Assembly (NCBI GenBank): GCA_964057225.1 | Contig: OZ059894.1 | Location: forward strand, 17,732,001-17,796,000 | Reading direction: 5' to 3' | DNA length: 64,000 bases | Origin: Auanema rhodensis | Lineage: Eukaryota > Animalia > Nematoda | In this document: piece after piece, positions 62,701-64,000 of the stretch | How the letters are laid out: the number at the start of each line of letters is the position of its first letter | Numbering within the stretch: position 1 is the first letter of the stretch | Translations under genes and position numbers: made by a program | Notes under the pieces: model-generated | The model's input: only the letters and a program-made list of their open reading frames with translations | Database searches by the model: none | Told to the model about the DNA's origin: nothing

Positions 62701-64000
62701 TAGAGGGAAGCCGAGTCGAAGAAAACCGCGGGTAAGATGAAGGTTGACCAGAATAGGGATAGAGTATTTAAAGAATATAGTGTGTACACTTTAGAGGGAG
62801 AGAGAGAGAAAGAGAGAGAGTTGCGAAACACCTGGTTGTCCTTAGTAGAATAATTGCCTTATACATGGATATTCTTTAAAAATAATGATTGAAAGAATAA
62901 TAATTGAGGATGTTTCATAGAGTTCCTGACATACAAGTAAATCTGGGGAAAGTAATTAAAATACTGAACCGGTTTCAAATTCTTTCTTTCTTTTTTTGGA
63001 GGGAAAAATGGGCCATATAAAGATATTTATAAGAATCAATAACATTTATTTGTATTTGAAAACAAAAAGAAAACATTAAAAAAAATAAATATGACTAAGA
63101 ACAGTATTTTTATTGATTATTTTGTTATTGAACATCATTACACTTGATAATGCTTAATGATAGTTCAAGATTGATTTGATACTGGATATAATAGATATAC
63201 TATACTGTAAAGAATATAAACAATCAAAACAAAAAGAAAAACTGGAATAACCATATAATCATTGTGAATATGAATATTTTTAATAATTGACAAAACCGTT
63301 TAATAATTGTATGATTGACGGTTTTTGAGGAGAATATGACTTTGAGTATTTTCCAGTTAAATCGAAATCAATTTTAACGAAAGAAATTGAATATTCTTTT
63401 CGTTTTATGAAACATTTTTTTGAATTTGAAGGTGACAATTTCACATTTTGAATTTTAAATCGCTGGTCATTAAGAAGTTATCAGATATGTCCGGCTTTTC
63501 CAAGGATGTCTGCGAACTGAGAACAAACCGGTTTCATCAGGACTTTGTACTTATTTCTGATTTTTTTTATAAAACTGCTTTACTACAAAGGTTATATGTA
63601 TTGGAAATATATATTTGAAAGAATACAATATATATATGAATATATCTACGTAGATACATAATATATGTATAATCTTTAAAAGTATAATTATCTTTTTTAT
63701 CAAATGCTTTTCTGATTTTTCATGTTTTAATAGAATTGAAGTAATTTATAAAAATAAATGAATATATTATGATACATATAGTATAGTATATATATAACCA
63801 ATCTACTTACTTATATACTGTATAATCAATCAATATCAGAAAAATTTCTTTTTATAATAAAAATATTTATTTAATAAAAAAAAACATAAAAAACATACAA
63901 ATAATACAATACTAAAGAATGATATACATGTATATGTATATTTTAAGCTTAAACATTAAAGATTACAATAATTTATGGAATATAAAAGTATTTGAATCAC

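Overview
AT-rich eukaryotic DNA with many very short (about 40-60 nt) spliceosomal introns, trans-splice-type acceptors just before start codons, and operon-like gene spacing. Gene content and style indicate a nematode, probably rhabditid. I built the gene models by hand-splicing exons, so internal exon boundaries are approximate and homology calls are from recalled motifs, not searches. Order: partial gene (-), class III ADH/GSNO reductase (-), TRMT2A-like tRNA m5U54 methyltransferase (-), ATP synthase subunit e (+), RING/B-box protein with a split RING (+), TMEM70-like (+), two small unknown genes (-), reticulon ret-1 with alternative first exons (+), a single-pass membrane protein (+), a secreted-PLA2-like protein (+), a predicted myristoylated globin (-), a 3-kb inverted-repeat element, a CFAP157/DUF4515-like coiled-coil gene (+) and myosin V hum-2 (-). 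The most striking structure is the element at 42019-45061. It has two nearly identical 681-bp inverted arms around heavily decayed Maverick/Polinton protein-primed PolB and adenain-type protease genes. Other notable points are a globin with Tyr at the predicted proximal His(F8) plus a His/Cys-rich GH insert, a RING finger with a ~165-aa Asn-rich loop, and several candidate hidden exons in myosin V introns that would give tail-less and head-less isoforms.
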